The notes under the pieces: generated by a model
The model's database searches: none
The model's input: only the letters and a program-made list of their open reading frames with translations
Told to the model about the DNA's origin: nothing
Shown: positions 46,006 to 55,581 of the stretch, piece by piece
Numbering within the stretch: position 1 is the stretch's first letter
How the letters are laid out: each line of letters starts with the position of its first letter
Program-made: the position numbers and the translations under genes
Source of the DNA: Candidatus Lindowbacteria bacterium RIFCSPLOWO2_12_FULL_62_27
GTDB lineage: Bacteria; Lindowbacteria; 2-12-FULL-62-27
Direction: 5' to 3'
DNA length: 64,000 bases
Assembly: GCA_001784175.1 (NCBI GenBank)
Contig: MFPR01000033.1
Span: 1 to 64,000, forward strand

Positions 46006-46210
46006 GGCATGCCCGCGCTGTCGGCGGCCGATCGTGACGCGTTTCACCCCCCTTGGCGCGTCACCGGCTGCGGACGGCGCGCGGCAGGCCGAATGCCGCG
46101 GTTCATTCTGAGGATTGCCGCGCCTTTATCGGGCGTTTCATCCGGTCGCGAAGGACCGGAGAAACGCCGGACGGATCGGCGGGCGACCCGGAACGGACGC
46201 GGCATTTTTT
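46006..46210 (+). ncRNA. Candidate structured RNA or long 3' UTR ending in a U-tract
   Basis: Two long interrupted hairpins (46006-46090, 46092-46206) with plus-strand G-U pairs, ending in TTTTTT. Confidence 0.45.
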
Positions 46211-46225
46211 ATTGTGCTACGTTGA

Positions 46226-46672
46226 TCAGGCCGGGAGCAGACTCAACACAATCTCGTGGACGAGTTTTCCGTCGGCGCGGCCTTTCACCTTCGGCATGAG
46301 CGCGCCCATCACTTTGTGCATGTCCTTCTTGGACGCTGCGCCGGCCGTGGCGATGGCATCCTGCGCGAGGGCCCGTATCTCAGCCTCGCCCATCTGCGCC
46401 GGAAGAAACGCGCTGAGGATGTCGACCTCCCGCTGCTCCTTGTCGACCAGATCCTGTCGGCCGCCGGTTTTGAAGAGTTCGATGGCCTCCCGGCGCTTTT
46501 TGATGCCCTTCTGGACGATGGCCAGCATCTCGTCTTCGGCCAGAGGCGCTTTCTTATCGATCTCCGCGTTTTTGAAATCGGATTTCACCATCCGCAGCGC
46601 GTCCATCTTCAACTGGTTTCTTTCCTTCATCGCGCTCTTGAGCGCTTCCGTAATCTGCTCCGCCACCGCCAT
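46226..46672 (-). CDS. GatB/YqeY domain protein
   Basis: LKSAMK, KKRREAIELF..GGR.DL, FLPAQM, GRADG. Confidence 0.93.
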   Translation of the reverse strand: MAVAEQITEALKSAMKERNQLKMDALRMVKSDFKNAEIDKKAPLAEDEMLAIVQKGIKKRREAIELFKTGGRQDLVDKEQREVDILSAFLPAQMGEAEIRALAQDAIATAGAASKKDMHKVMGALMPKVKGRADGKLVHEIVLSLLPA

Positions 46673-46755
46673 TGCCGGTTCCTCCCCCGTCAGGTTGTCA
46701 CGCCAAGCGGCCTGTTGATACGCTGGGTTCACATCACAGTCAAGGGGGTGACGAC

Positions 46756-47160
46756 ATGTTTACCGTGACCAAAGAAATCCATTTCTGTTACGGGCACCGG
46801 CTCATGAACTATGACGGGCAGTGCAAGCACCCGCACGGGCACAACGGCCGGGCGGCGTTTGAGATGTCGGCGGACCGGCTGGACGCGCGCGGGATGGTGA
46901 CGGATTTTACGGACATCAAAAACTCCATGAAGGCGTGGATCGACCGGGAGATCGACCACAAGATGCTGCTGCGCAAGGACGATCCGGCGGTGGAAGTTCT
47001 CCGGAAGATGGGGGAGCCGGTGTTCGTCATGGACCAGAATCCCACCGCGGAATCGATCGCGAAACTTTTTTACGAAAAGGCCAAAGAGATGGGATTCCCG
47101 GTCGTGCGCGTGAGCGTCTGGGAGACGGACACCAGCGTCGCCAGCTACGCGGGCCGGTAA
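46756..47160 (+). CDS. queD: 6-carboxytetrahydropterin synthase
   Basis: GHRL..YDGQC..PHGHN, DF..IK, NPTAE, VWET. Confidence 0.92.
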   Translation: MFTVTKEIHFCYGHRLMNYDGQCKHPHGHNGRAAFEMSADRLDARGMVTDFTDIKNSMKAWIDREIDHKMLLRKDDPAVEVLRKMGEPVFVMDQNPTAESIAKLFYEKAKEMGFPVVRVSVWETDTSVASYAGR

Positions 47161-48191
47161 AATCCCCGGCGGAGCCGTTCGGCAGTGAAGAGATACTGCT
47201 GGGCGTATCCGGCGAAGCGGCCGAACCGGGCGCGGTAGAAATCGCCGATCCGCCGGTATTCCCGCGCCGTCAGATGATCGGCGTCTGTGGCGCGCAGGCC
47301 GCGCAAATGCGCGCGATAAAGGCGGAGCGTCGAATTGAAGACATGGACGTCGACCGGCACGGCTTCGAGATGGCCGAGGGCGAACAGGCACACGCAGTCG
47401 GAAACTTTGGGCCCCGCGCCCATGCAGGCGGACTGCACGGCGGTCCAGGCTGTTTCGTAAGGGCAGGCAGCCGCGTGATGGGTCTTGAAAAAATCGTAGT
47501 CGGCCACCCTCACCCCGACCCTCTCCCGCCTGAGGCGGGAGAGGGGGGATCCATATCCGCTGATACGCCGGAATGTCCGTATCATGTTTCGCGCCTGTGG
47601 AAGGCCGTAGCGCAGGCCGCAGGCGGCGAGTCGGGACGCGCGGGCGGCCGCGAGGCGCGGAGGCGCAGGCGGCAGAGAGAAACGCCCCCACGGAGTCTCG
47701 ACCGGCTCGCCGTAGTGACGCGACACGGCGTTGAGGATGAGCGCGATTTTCGCGATCCGATTTTGCGGCGACGCCAAAAAAGTCAACAGGCACTCCACCG
47801 GCTCGACACGGATCAGCCTCAGGCCCGGCAGCCGCCGCACGGCCTCAGCCACATGCGGGTCGACACAGATGCGTTTCTCCACTTCCGCCAGCGGTTCCTC
47901 CATTCGGAAATACCAGCGAACGAATTCGTCCGGGGCCATCGGCTGCGGCAGGGCCGGGTGGTCCACTTTGGAGACTGAACATTCGATATCAACACGGTCC
48001 GCCGACGGCTGCCTCAGTCTCAGCACACAGCCGTAGGTCGGCGCCGTCCGCCACGCGTCCGCATCGGGATCGCCATAAGCCAGGAGCCGCCCGCGGCGGT
48101 ACCGGCCCCATCCGAACGCCGCGCCGCTCGCGAGCGTGGCCCTGAGGTCAAACGGTTCCGCGAGCGACAGCGTGGCGCGGGTGGGTGTCAC
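47145..48191 (-). CDS. 8-oxoguanine DNA glycosylase (Ogg, HhH-GPD family) with an in-frame REP insertion
   Basis: FDLRATL.SG.AF.W, GLRL, GAGPKVSDCVCLF..PVDVH, AGYAQQYLF. Confidence 0.88.
   Translation of the reverse strand: MTPTRATLSLAEPFDLRATLASGAAFGWGRYRRGRLLAYGDPDADAWRTAPTYGCVLRLRQPSADRVDIECSVSKVDHPALPQPMAPDEFVRWYFRMEEPLAEVEKRICVDPHVAEAVRRLPGLRLIRVEPVECLLTFLASPQNRIAKIALILNAVSRHYGEPVETPWGRFSLPPAPPRLAAARASRLAACGLRYGLPQARNMIRTFRRISGYGSPLSRLRRERVGVRVADYDFFKTHHAAACPYETAWTAVQSACMGAGPKVSDCVCLFALGHLEAVPVDVHVFNSTLRLYRAHLRGLRATDADHLTAREYRRIGDFYRARFGRFAGYAQQYLFTAERLRRGFYRPA
47507..47548. repeat. CCCTCTCCC-family REP inside the glycosylase coding sequence
   Basis: CCCTCACCCCGA leader plus CCCTCTCCCGCC-tga-GGCGGGAGAGGG; read as SPLSRLRRERVGVRV. 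Confidence 0.9.
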
Positions 48192-48900
48192 CGGTATGCC
48201 AGAGGAGGTAACGGTCGATCAGTTGGCGCAAAGTCCGCTCGTGCGCCGGGTCGACGGCGATGCCGGCCTTGAGGCGCGGCGGCAGGACCAGCGCGGCCAG
48301 CGCGCGGGCTTGCAGAGAGGTCAGAACCACCGCCGCCTGAGACGGGGCCGGGCGGCACGTGGGGCAAAACAGGCGGCCTTCGGAAAAGTCAAGCACATAG
48401 TCTCCCTCGGCCTCCGGAATTTTCCGGCAGGTCGCGCAGGCGCCGACGTCCATCCGCCATCCGAGCGCGCCGAAGGCCCTGAGAAAAAAAGAGAGCACGA
48501 GACTTTCGGCCCGGCCGCCGGCCGACACGGCCGACAGGAGCGCTTCGAACAAATCGCAAATTTCATATTCCGGGACGCCTGGCGGCAGACTCTTCGCGAG
48601 AAAAGACGAAACCTCTGTGAGGCGCGTGAACACTTCGAAATCGCGATAGAGCTCGAACCTCGAAACCAGAACCTTCAGATCCTGGACGATCGGCAGTTTC
48701 CCGGGCCGGCTCTGGTAGACCGTGAATTCCGAGCGCGTGAACGGTTCGAGCCCGCCGACGAGCCTGCGGCGGCTGCGCATGGCGCCCTTGGCGACAAACG
48801 TCTCGAATCCGCGGCTGACGGTGAGGACGTCGATCATCGCGTCGCTCTCGCCGAAAGGCCGCTTGGTGAGGATCGTCCCGAGAATTTTGTAGGAGGGCAT
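48148..48900 (-). CDS. recO: DNA repair protein RecO
   Basis: FGESD, VAKGA..S, LEPF, CATC..CPTC zinc motif; position after ybeY/corC. Confidence 0.9.
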   Translation of the reverse strand: MPSYKILGTILTKRPFGESDAMIDVLTVSRGFETFVAKGAMRSRRRLVGGLEPFTRSEFTVYQSRPGKLPIVQDLKVLVSRFELYRDFEVFTRLTEVSSFLAKSLPPGVPEYEICDLFEALLSAVSAGGRAESLVLSFFLRAFGALGWRMDVGACATCRKIPEAEGDYVLDFSEGRLFCPTCRPAPSQAAVVLTSLQARALAALVLPPRLKAGIAVDPAHERTLRQLIDRYLLWHTGDTHPRHAVARGTV

Positions 48901-48912
48901 GGGCGCCGGAAA

Positions 48913-50196
48913 TCAGAGGGGAAGTTTCGGCAGTTCGACTTTGATTTTCGAGATGTGCTTGTCGTCGGAGGCGACGATGGTGAATTTCAACTGGCTCAGG
49001 GTAATCACGCTGCCCTTGGGGGGAATGGACCCCGCCTGTTCGATGAGAAGCCCGCCGAGGCTGTCGGCTTGGCGGCTTTTGAGGGTCATCGAAAACTTCT
49101 GGTTGAACTCCGAAATCGGCAGCGCGGCGTCGATCAGGTAGGATCCGTCGGACAGGTGTGCGACCTTGTCGAGTTCGCCCTCGTCGTATTCGTCGCGGAT
49201 CTCGCCGACGATCTCCTCGACGATGTCCTCGATCGTGATGCATCCGGCCACGCCGCCGTATTCGTCGACCGCGATCGCCATGTGGCTCCGCTGGCGCTTG
49301 AAGTCCTGGAGGAGCCGGTTGACCTTCTTGGCCTCGGGGACGAAGAGGGGTTTGCGAAGGTGCTTGCGGAGGTCAATGTCCTTCGCGTCCGACTTCCAGA
49401 GCGACAGGAGGTCCTTGACGTAGAGCACACCAAGAATGTTGTCGAGCCGGTCCTCGTAGATGGGGAGCCGGGAATAGCCGGAATCGATGGCGATCTGGAG
49501 CATTTCCTGCAGCGTGCTGTTGACTTCCACCGCGACCATGTCGACCCGGGGGATCATGATTTCGCGGACGACGGTGTCGTCGAACTCGAAAATACTGTGC
49601 AGCATCTCGAGTTCGTGCTTGTCGATCAGCCCCTCTTGCGAGGAGACGCGCATGAGGCTCTTCAGCTCCAACTCGGTGATCGCCTGCGAATCGCCGGCCT
49701 TGCGTCCGCCAACCAGCCGGAGCAGGGGATTGGTGATGCCGGTGAAGAAATGGTGGAAGATCCGGAGCGCGACGGACAGGCGGTAAATAGGACCGATCAC
49801 GAGGCTCGAGATCGCCTCGGAATGGTGCTTGGCGAATGTCTTGGGCGTGATTTCGCCGAAGAGGAGCAGGATGAAGGTCATGACGCCGGTGGAAATGCCG
49901 ACCACCACGCTCGCGGATTGCGGCATGTCAAGATTGTCGAGAATGCCGTAGGTGGTGACCGTGGCGACGGAGGACGCCAGAATGTTGACGACGGTGTTTC
50001 CGATCAGGATCGTGATCAGGTATCGTTCGGGATGTTCCAGCCACTCCTGGTAGAACTTCTTCCGCTCCGATTTTTCCCGGTCGATGATTTCCTTGAGTTT
50101 GAGTTTGCTGAGCGACGTGATGGCGGTTTCGCTGCCGGAGAAAAACGCGCTCAGCACGACGAGGACGCCAAGGAAAAGAATCTGCAGAAGTATCAT
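48913..50196 (-). CDS. Hemolysin/CNNM (CorC/TlyC) family protein: DUF21 + CBS pair + CorC domain
   Basis: SAFFSGSETA, FGEITPK, IMIPR, VDEYGG, EDIVEEIVGEI.DE. Confidence 0.95.
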   Translation of the reverse strand: MILLQILFLGVLVVLSAFFSGSETAITSLSKLKLKEIIDREKSERKKFYQEWLEHPERYLITILIGNTVVNILASSVATVTTYGILDNLDMPQSASVVVGISTGVMTFILLLFGEITPKTFAKHHSEAISSLVIGPIYRLSVALRIFHHFFTGITNPLLRLVGGRKAGDSQAITELELKSLMRVSSQEGLIDKHELEMLHSIFEFDDTVVREIMIPRVDMVAVEVNSTLQEMLQIAIDSGYSRLPIYEDRLDNILGVLYVKDLLSLWKSDAKDIDLRKHLRKPLFVPEAKKVNRLLQDFKRQRSHMAIAVDEYGGVAGCITIEDIVEEIVGEIRDEYDEGELDKVAHLSDGSYLIDAALPISEFNQKFSMTLKSRQADSLGGLLIEQAGSIPPKGSVITLSQLKFTIVASDDKHISKIKVELPKLPL

Positions 50197-50615
50197 TTCT
50201 TGCGGATCAGGCGCCGGGCCTGCCGGGACATCGCCCGCCGGCCCTTCGCGGTGCGGTCCTCCATGCCGAGCGTGTGGAGGAGTCCGTGGACGGCGAGCAG
50301 GCCAAGCTCGTCGGCGGCGCTGTGCCGGTATCGCGCGGCCTGTCGGCGGGCCGCATCCCAGGAAACGATGACATCCCCGAGGAGCCACTCCCCGCCCGGC
50401 ATCTCATCGCCTTCCATCTGCGAGACGGCGATCACGTCCGTCGGGCCGGCCTTTCCGAAAAACCGCCGGTTCGCGGCGATCATGTCCGCGTCGCCCACCA
50501 CCGTGAGGGACAGCTCGGCCCTCGCCAGGCCCAGGCGCCGCATCGCCTCCTCCACGGTCCGCCGGAGGCGCCGCCGGGGAAACCCGCCGACCGACGCGCG
50601 CATAAGAACGGGCAT
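50193..50615 (-). CDS. ybeY: rRNA maturation RNase YbeY
   Basis: PTDVI, LGDVIVS, VHGLLHTLG. Confidence 0.9.
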   Translation of the reverse strand: MPVLMRASVGGFPRRRLRRTVEEAMRRLGLARAELSLTVVGDADMIAANRRFFGKAGPTDVIAVSQMEGDEMPGGEWLLGDVIVSWDAARRQAARYRHSAADELGLLAVHGLLHTLGMEDRTAKGRRAMSRQARRLIRKK

Positions 50616-50616
50616 G

Positions 50617-52860
50617 TCAGGTTTCACCCCTGTGCTTCTCCTTGTCTTTTCGTTTCAGCTCGTCATCCGTCGGGTACGCGATGCGCGTGTGGTACATGCT
50701 GGAGAGCACGCGCGTAAACGCCTCTTCTATTTTTTTCAGGTCTTTCAGCGTCAGCGTGCAGTCGTCCAACTGTCCGTCCGACACCTTCGATTGTATCAAC
50801 CGGTGGACCTCCTCCTCAATGCGGTGCGGCGTCGGGCTTTCGAGCGACCGGACGGCGGCCTCAACGGTGTCGGCCAGCATGACGACGGCCGTTTCCCTGT
50901 ATTTGGGTTTGGGGCCCGGATAGATGAAACTCTCGCGTTCGGCGATGTCTTCCTCGGTCGACTGGTTGAGCGCGGCGTCATAGAGAGACTTCATGAGGGA
51001 TGTGCCGTGGTGCTGCTCGATGAAATCGATGATGATCCTGGGCAGCCGGTGCTCCCGGGCCAGGTCCACACCCATCTTCACGTGCGTTTTCAGGACCGAC
51101 GCGTAGAGGCTGGGCTTGATGTCCTTGGTCTCCTTGCCGATGACATCCCCTTTTTCGTCAATGATGAGTTTCTGGTTTTCAGTGAAATACTCCGGCTTCT
51201 TCGTCTTGCCGACATCATGATAATAGCTGCCGACGCGCGCGAGGAGGGAATTGGCGCCGATCGACTCGCAGGCGGCCTCCGACAAAATCGAGACCGTCTG
51301 GCTGTGCTGGTAGCTGCCGGGCGCCGAGAGGAGCATCTGGCGGAGGAGGGGATGGTTGAGGTCGGACAGTTCCAGGATTTTGAAATCGGAAGGAAGACTG
51401 AAGAGGATCGGGATGAAATGGATGAGCCCGAAGGTCAGAAACGGGACGAGGAGCAGGCCCGACCCGAACGCGACGGCGGTCGCGATGAGCAGTTCCCGAG
51501 TCTGCGTGATGTGGGCGAAGTCGATGAGGACGAAGTGCGAGGCCAGGACCGTGACGGGAGAGACAAATGCAAGGAAGATTCCGGCCTTCACGATGTCCCC
51601 CATCGTCCGGGTCTGGCGCACGGCGAAGACCGACACGATCGACGTGACCGTGTGGACGAGCATGAGCTGATAATTGCAGCCGTAGAGGAGCGCGATGGAG
51701 ACGCCGAGAAACGGCGAGGAGAGCATCGCGACGCGCGGGCGGTAAAAGATCGTGAGGAGCATCGCGTAGGCGGGGACGGGCAGGGCGAAGGCGACGGCCA
51801 GGCGGCTGTCGGTGAGCGTCCAGATCAGGCGCGCAAGGCCCAGCATGAACAGAAACATCAGGGCGATGAACCACATCCAGTTCGTGTCGACCAGGCGTTC
51901 CGGCTGGTAGACCCGGAGATACTGGAGCATGATGAGGGTGAAAAGGCTGAGGAGCGCGAAGGCGGCGACGCCGGTGACGATGAGGCGCGTCCGGTCGGCC
52001 TTCTGCATTTCTCGGATCGCCGCGAGGTGCGATTCGGTGACGATCTGGTTCTCCCGCACGATGACGTTGCCCGGCGCATACATCTGGAAGACCGGCTTGA
52101 TTTTCACCTGCACACGCTCGACCTCATGGCGGAAGTGGTCGCGATCAAACACCTGGTTCGCCTTGATCGCCTGCTTGAGGACGGCCGAGAGCAGACGGGC
52201 CGCGGGAAGGTTCGGATAGATGACGCTCACGGAGCTTTCGAGGTACCCGGCCATGCCCTTCATGTCGATGAGGTCGGGCGGGCGGCGGATGAGGAGGGGC
52301 GGGCGGGTATCGCCGTCGGAGTCGAACTGGATTTCATGCATGCGGTGGCGGTGGAGGTCAAACTCGGCGGCGGCGGCGGAGGCGTCGTGCAGGATGCCCT
52401 TTTCGGCCATGAACTCGTGGATGAGCGATCTCGCCGCGCGCTCGATGTCGGCCCAGTCCCGGTCGGTCAGCTTCAGCGCTTCCTGCGCGACCGTCTCATC
52501 GAGCCAGGACGGAAATTCCGCCGGCCGGCCCGAAGGGTGCGCGGCTCTCTTCAGAGACTCGAAACTCTCCCGGACTTCCGCCATGACCTGATTCTCGACG
52601 CCGGGATCGCGAAGGAACCTTGGCGTGATCGAAAGGATCTGCGCGATACGGAGCGCCTCGGCGCTCTCGCGGTCTTCGACCTGAAACTTGAGCCGCGCCA
52701 CGACTTTCCGCGGCGCGGGCTGGCCCACCGAGAGCTGATATCGCGTCAGATCAAAGAGCGGGGTGACCAGAAGGGTCGAGAGAAAGACAAAGGAGAGGCC
52801 CGCGAGACCAAAGAGGATCTGCTTCCGGATCGTCACCCGCCGGCCGGGAAGATCAACCAC
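50617..52860 (-). CDS. 7TM-HD phosphohydrolase (PgpH-like)
   Basis: Extracellular domain, multiple TM helices, APGSYQHS, YYHDVGK, QHHGT, YPGPKP, MLAD. Confidence 0.93.
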   Translation of the reverse strand: MVDLPGRRVTIRKQILFGLAGLSFVFLSTLLVTPLFDLTRYQLSVGQPAPRKVVARLKFQVEDRESAEALRIAQILSITPRFLRDPGVENQVMAEVRESFESLKRAAHPSGRPAEFPSWLDETVAQEALKLTDRDWADIERAARSLIHEFMAEKGILHDASAAAAEFDLHRHRMHEIQFDSDGDTRPPLLIRRPPDLIDMKGMAGYLESSVSVIYPNLPAARLLSAVLKQAIKANQVFDRDHFRHEVERVQVKIKPVFQMYAPGNVIVRENQIVTESHLAAIREMQKADRTRLIVTGVAAFALLSLFTLIMLQYLRVYQPERLVDTNWMWFIALMFLFMLGLARLIWTLTDSRLAVAFALPVPAYAMLLTIFYRPRVAMLSSPFLGVSIALLYGCNYQLMLVHTVTSIVSVFAVRQTRTMGDIVKAGIFLAFVSPVTVLASHFVLIDFAHITQTRELLIATAVAFGSGLLLVPFLTFGLIHFIPILFSLPSDFKILELSDLNHPLLRQMLLSAPGSYQHSQTVSILSEAACESIGANSLLARVGSYYHDVGKTKKPEYFTENQKLIIDEKGDVIGKETKDIKPSLYASVLKTHVKMGVDLAREHRLPRIIIDFIEQHHGTSLMKSLYDAALNQSTEEDIAERESFIYPGPKPKYRETAVVMLADTVEAAVRSLESPTPHRIEEEVHRLIQSKVSDGQLDDCTLTLKDLKKIEEAFTRVLSSMYHTRIAYPTDDELKRKDKEKHRGET

Positions 52861-53818
52861 GGCGCCGCGCCTGCCTTCGGCCGCCGGCCTGGTAGGCGGC
52901 GAGAACCCGGGTCACGAGCCGGTGCCGGACAACATCCGAGGGATCGAAATGGACGACCGCGATGCCCGGGACGCTCCGCAACCGCTGCTCGGCATCCACG
53001 AGACCCGAGAGGGCGCCGGGCGGCAGATCGACCTGGGTGACGTCGCCGGTGATGACCATGCGGGCGTCGGCGCCCATGCGGGTGAGGAACATGAGCATCT
53101 GGGGCGGCGTGGTGTTCTGCGCTTCGTCGAGGATCACAAAGGCGTCGTTGAAGGTTCGGCCGCGCATATAGGCGAGCGGGGCCAGCTCGATGATCTGTTT
53201 GTCCATCAGCCCCATGAATTTTTCCGGCGTGAGCTGGTCGAACATCGCGTCGAAGAGCGGGCGAAGATACGGATTGATCTTTTCCTGGTAGCCGCCGGGC
53301 AGGTATCCGAGGCGCTCGCCGGCTTCGACGACGGGGCGCGTCAGAATCACGCGCTTGACGCGGCCGTCCCGCAGAAATTCCAGAGCGGTCGCGACCGCCA
53401 GATACGTTTTGCCGGTTCCCGCAGGCCCGATGGCGAGCGTGAGATCATTTTTTCGGATGGAATCGACGTAGAATTTCTGGTTTCGCGTTTTCGGCTGGAT
53501 GAGTTTGCCGGTCACGGTGGTTCCGATCCGGTCCTCGGGCCCGACGCCGCCGACGAGCGCGCGCACCTCCTCGGCCGAGTACGCGCGGCCGCGCTCGGCC
53601 TCGCGCATGAGCCGGTCGAGGACGTCACGCGCGCGGGAGGCCTGATCGGGCCGGCCCGAGTGGATCTCAATCCCGTTCTGGACCATCCGGAGCCGCACGC
53701 CGAACAGGTCCTCGATCACGGTGAGGTTGCGGCCGAGCGTGCCGCTGACACGCTGGAGGATGGCCGACGAATCGCCGGAGGATGATTCCGGGAGGGTGAC
53801 CTCGAGGGTCGATCTCAA
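52853..53818 (-). CDS. phoH: PhoH-family ATPase
   Basis: GPAGTGKT, RPVVEAGE, YMRGRT, LDEAQN. Confidence 0.96.
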   Translation of the reverse strand: MRSTLEVTLPESSSGDSSAILQRVSGTLGRNLTVIEDLFGVRLRMVQNGIEIHSGRPDQASRARDVLDRLMREAERGRAYSAEEVRALVGGVGPEDRIGTTVTGKLIQPKTRNQKFYVDSIRKNDLTLAIGPAGTGKTYLAVATALEFLRDGRVKRVILTRPVVEAGERLGYLPGGYQEKINPYLRPLFDAMFDQLTPEKFMGLMDKQIIELAPLAYMRGRTFNDAFVILDEAQNTTPPQMLMFLTRMGADARMVITGDVTQVDLPPGALSGLVDAEQRLRSVPGIAVVHFDPSDVVRHRLVTRVLAAYQAGGRRQARRRG

Positions 53819-55581
53819 GTTTTTGGTTTGGCTCTCAGTTGGATCCCGAGGTCGCGCAACTGCCGGTCGTCGACGCCGGACGGCGCGTCGAAACAGAGGT
53901 CGACGCCGCGCTGGTTCTTCGGAAACGCGATCGCCTCGCGGATCGAGTCGGCGCCCAGCATCAGCATCAGGATCCGGTCCTGGCCCAGCGCAATTCCGCC
54001 GTGCGGCGGCGCGCCGAGGGCGAGCGCTTGAAGCAGGAATCCAAACTTTTGGTCCACTTCCTCTTTTTCGAGTCCCAGCGTCCGGAACAGGTCCTCCTGC
54101 CAGTCGACCCGGTGGTTCCGGATGCTTCCGCCGCCGATTTCGCTCCCATTCAACACGATGTCATAGGCCTGGGCCTTGACCTTGAGCGGATCGCTCGCGA
54201 GGAGCGCGCGGGTCTCGGCCGTGGCGGCGGTGAAGGGATGGTGGACGGCGACGTGGCGTTTTTCCCCGGCATCGTATTCGAGCAGGGGAAAATCGAGGAC
54301 CCACACGAACGCGTTTTTCCCGGGCACAATCAGGTTGAGCCGCCGGGCGAGGGAGGCGCGAAGCTGCGAGAGTACGGTGTTGGCGGCGGCGGGCGGTTCG
54401 GCGACGAATCCGACGACGTCGCCCTCTTCGGCGCCCATCCGCTCGCGGATTTTGGCGAGAATGCCTTCGGGAAAATATTTGGCGATGTTTGACGCGAGCG
54501 CGCCGCCCGTCACTTTGAAATACGCGAACCCGCCGGCGCCGTACCGCTGCGTCTCCGCCACGAGGTCGTCGAGGTCCTTGCGGCTGAACGTTGCTCCCTT
54601 CGGGATGCGGATGCCCTTCACGATCCCGCCCGACTCGATCGCGCGGAGGAAAACGCCGAACTTGCTTTCGCGCGCGAGGTCCGTGATCTCGGTCAGCGGG
54701 AGGTCATATCGAAGGTCCGGCTTGTCGGACCCGTAGCGCGCCATCGCATCGTCGTAGGAAAGCGTCGGGATCGGAAGCGCGACCTCCACGTCGAGGGCTT
54801 TGCGGAACATGTCCCGCAGGAGGCGGCCGGTCAGGTCGATGACATCTCCGCGATCCACGAACGACATTTCGATGTCGATCTGCGTGAACTCGGGCTGCCG
54901 GTCGGCCCGCAGGTCCTCGTCGCGGAAACAGCGGGCGACTTGAAAGTAGCGGTCGAAGCCCGCGACCATCAGGATCTGTTTGTAAAGCTGGGGTGACTGG
55001 GGCAGCGCGTAAAACTGGCCGGGCATGAGACGCGAGGGCACGAGAAAATCGCGCGCGCCTTCGGGCGTGCTCTTGGTCAGAAAGGGCGTTTCGATTTCAT
55101 AGAAGTCATTTTCGAGCAGAAAATTCCTGACGATGGCGTTCAAGCGGGACCGAAAAGCCAGGTTGCGCTGCATGGCGGGACGGCGCAGGTCGAGAAAGCG
55201 ATGTTTGAGCCGGACCTCCTCGTTGAGTTCCCCGTGCGATATCTGAAACGGCAATGGCAGGGATTTGTTCAGGATTTCGAGCGTCCGGACGGCGACTTCG
55301 ATTTCGCCGGTCGGGAGATTCGGGTTGACCGTTTCCGGCGAGCGCGCCACGATCTCTCCCTCGGCGGCGACGACCCACTCGTCGCGGACCTGGGACGCGA
55401 GTGCGTGGACCTCCGGCTGTTTCGAGGGGTCGCACACGAGCTGCAGGATACCGCTGCGGTCACGGAGGTCGATGAAAATCAGCCCGCCGTGGTCGCGGAC
55501 GCTCTCGACCCAGCCACAGGCGCAGATGCTCCGGCCGAGATCGGAGCGTCGGAAAGTCGCGGCGTACGCGGTGCGGCGCAT
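53815..55581 (-). CDS. aspS: Aspartate--tRNA ligase, possibly non-discriminating
   Basis: RDHGGLIFIDLRD, STPEGARD, CFRDED.RADRQPEFTQ, PPHGG. Confidence 0.98.
   Translation of the reverse strand: MRRTAYAATFRRSDLGRSICACGWVESVRDHGGLIFIDLRDRSGILQLVCDPSKQPEVHALASQVRDEWVVAAEGEIVARSPETVNPNLPTGEIEVAVRTLEILNKSLPLPFQISHGELNEEVRLKHRFLDLRRPAMQRNLAFRSRLNAIVRNFLLENDFYEIETPFLTKSTPEGARDFLVPSRLMPGQFYALPQSPQLYKQILMVAGFDRYFQVARCFRDEDLRADRQPEFTQIDIEMSFVDRGDVIDLTGRLLRDMFRKALDVEVALPIPTLSYDDAMARYGSDKPDLRYDLPLTEITDLARESKFGVFLRAIESGGIVKGIRIPKGATFSRKDLDDLVAETQRYGAGGFAYFKVTGGALASNIAKYFPEGILAKIRERMGAEEGDVVGFVAEPPAAANTVLSQLRASLARRLNLIVPGKNAFVWVLDFPLLEYDAGEKRHVAVHHPFTAATAETRALLASDPLKVKAQAYDIVLNGSEIGGGSIRNHRVDWQEDLFRTLGLEKEEVDQKFGFLLQALALGAPPHGGIALGQDRILMLMLGADSIREAIAFPKNQRGVDLCFDAPSGVDDRQLRDLGIQLRAKPKT

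Noticed and set aside
48136-53040. 1634-aa plus-strand ORF
   Set aside because: Antisense shadow of recO, corC, ybeY and the 7TM-HD gene; no motifs; expected in high-GC coding DNA
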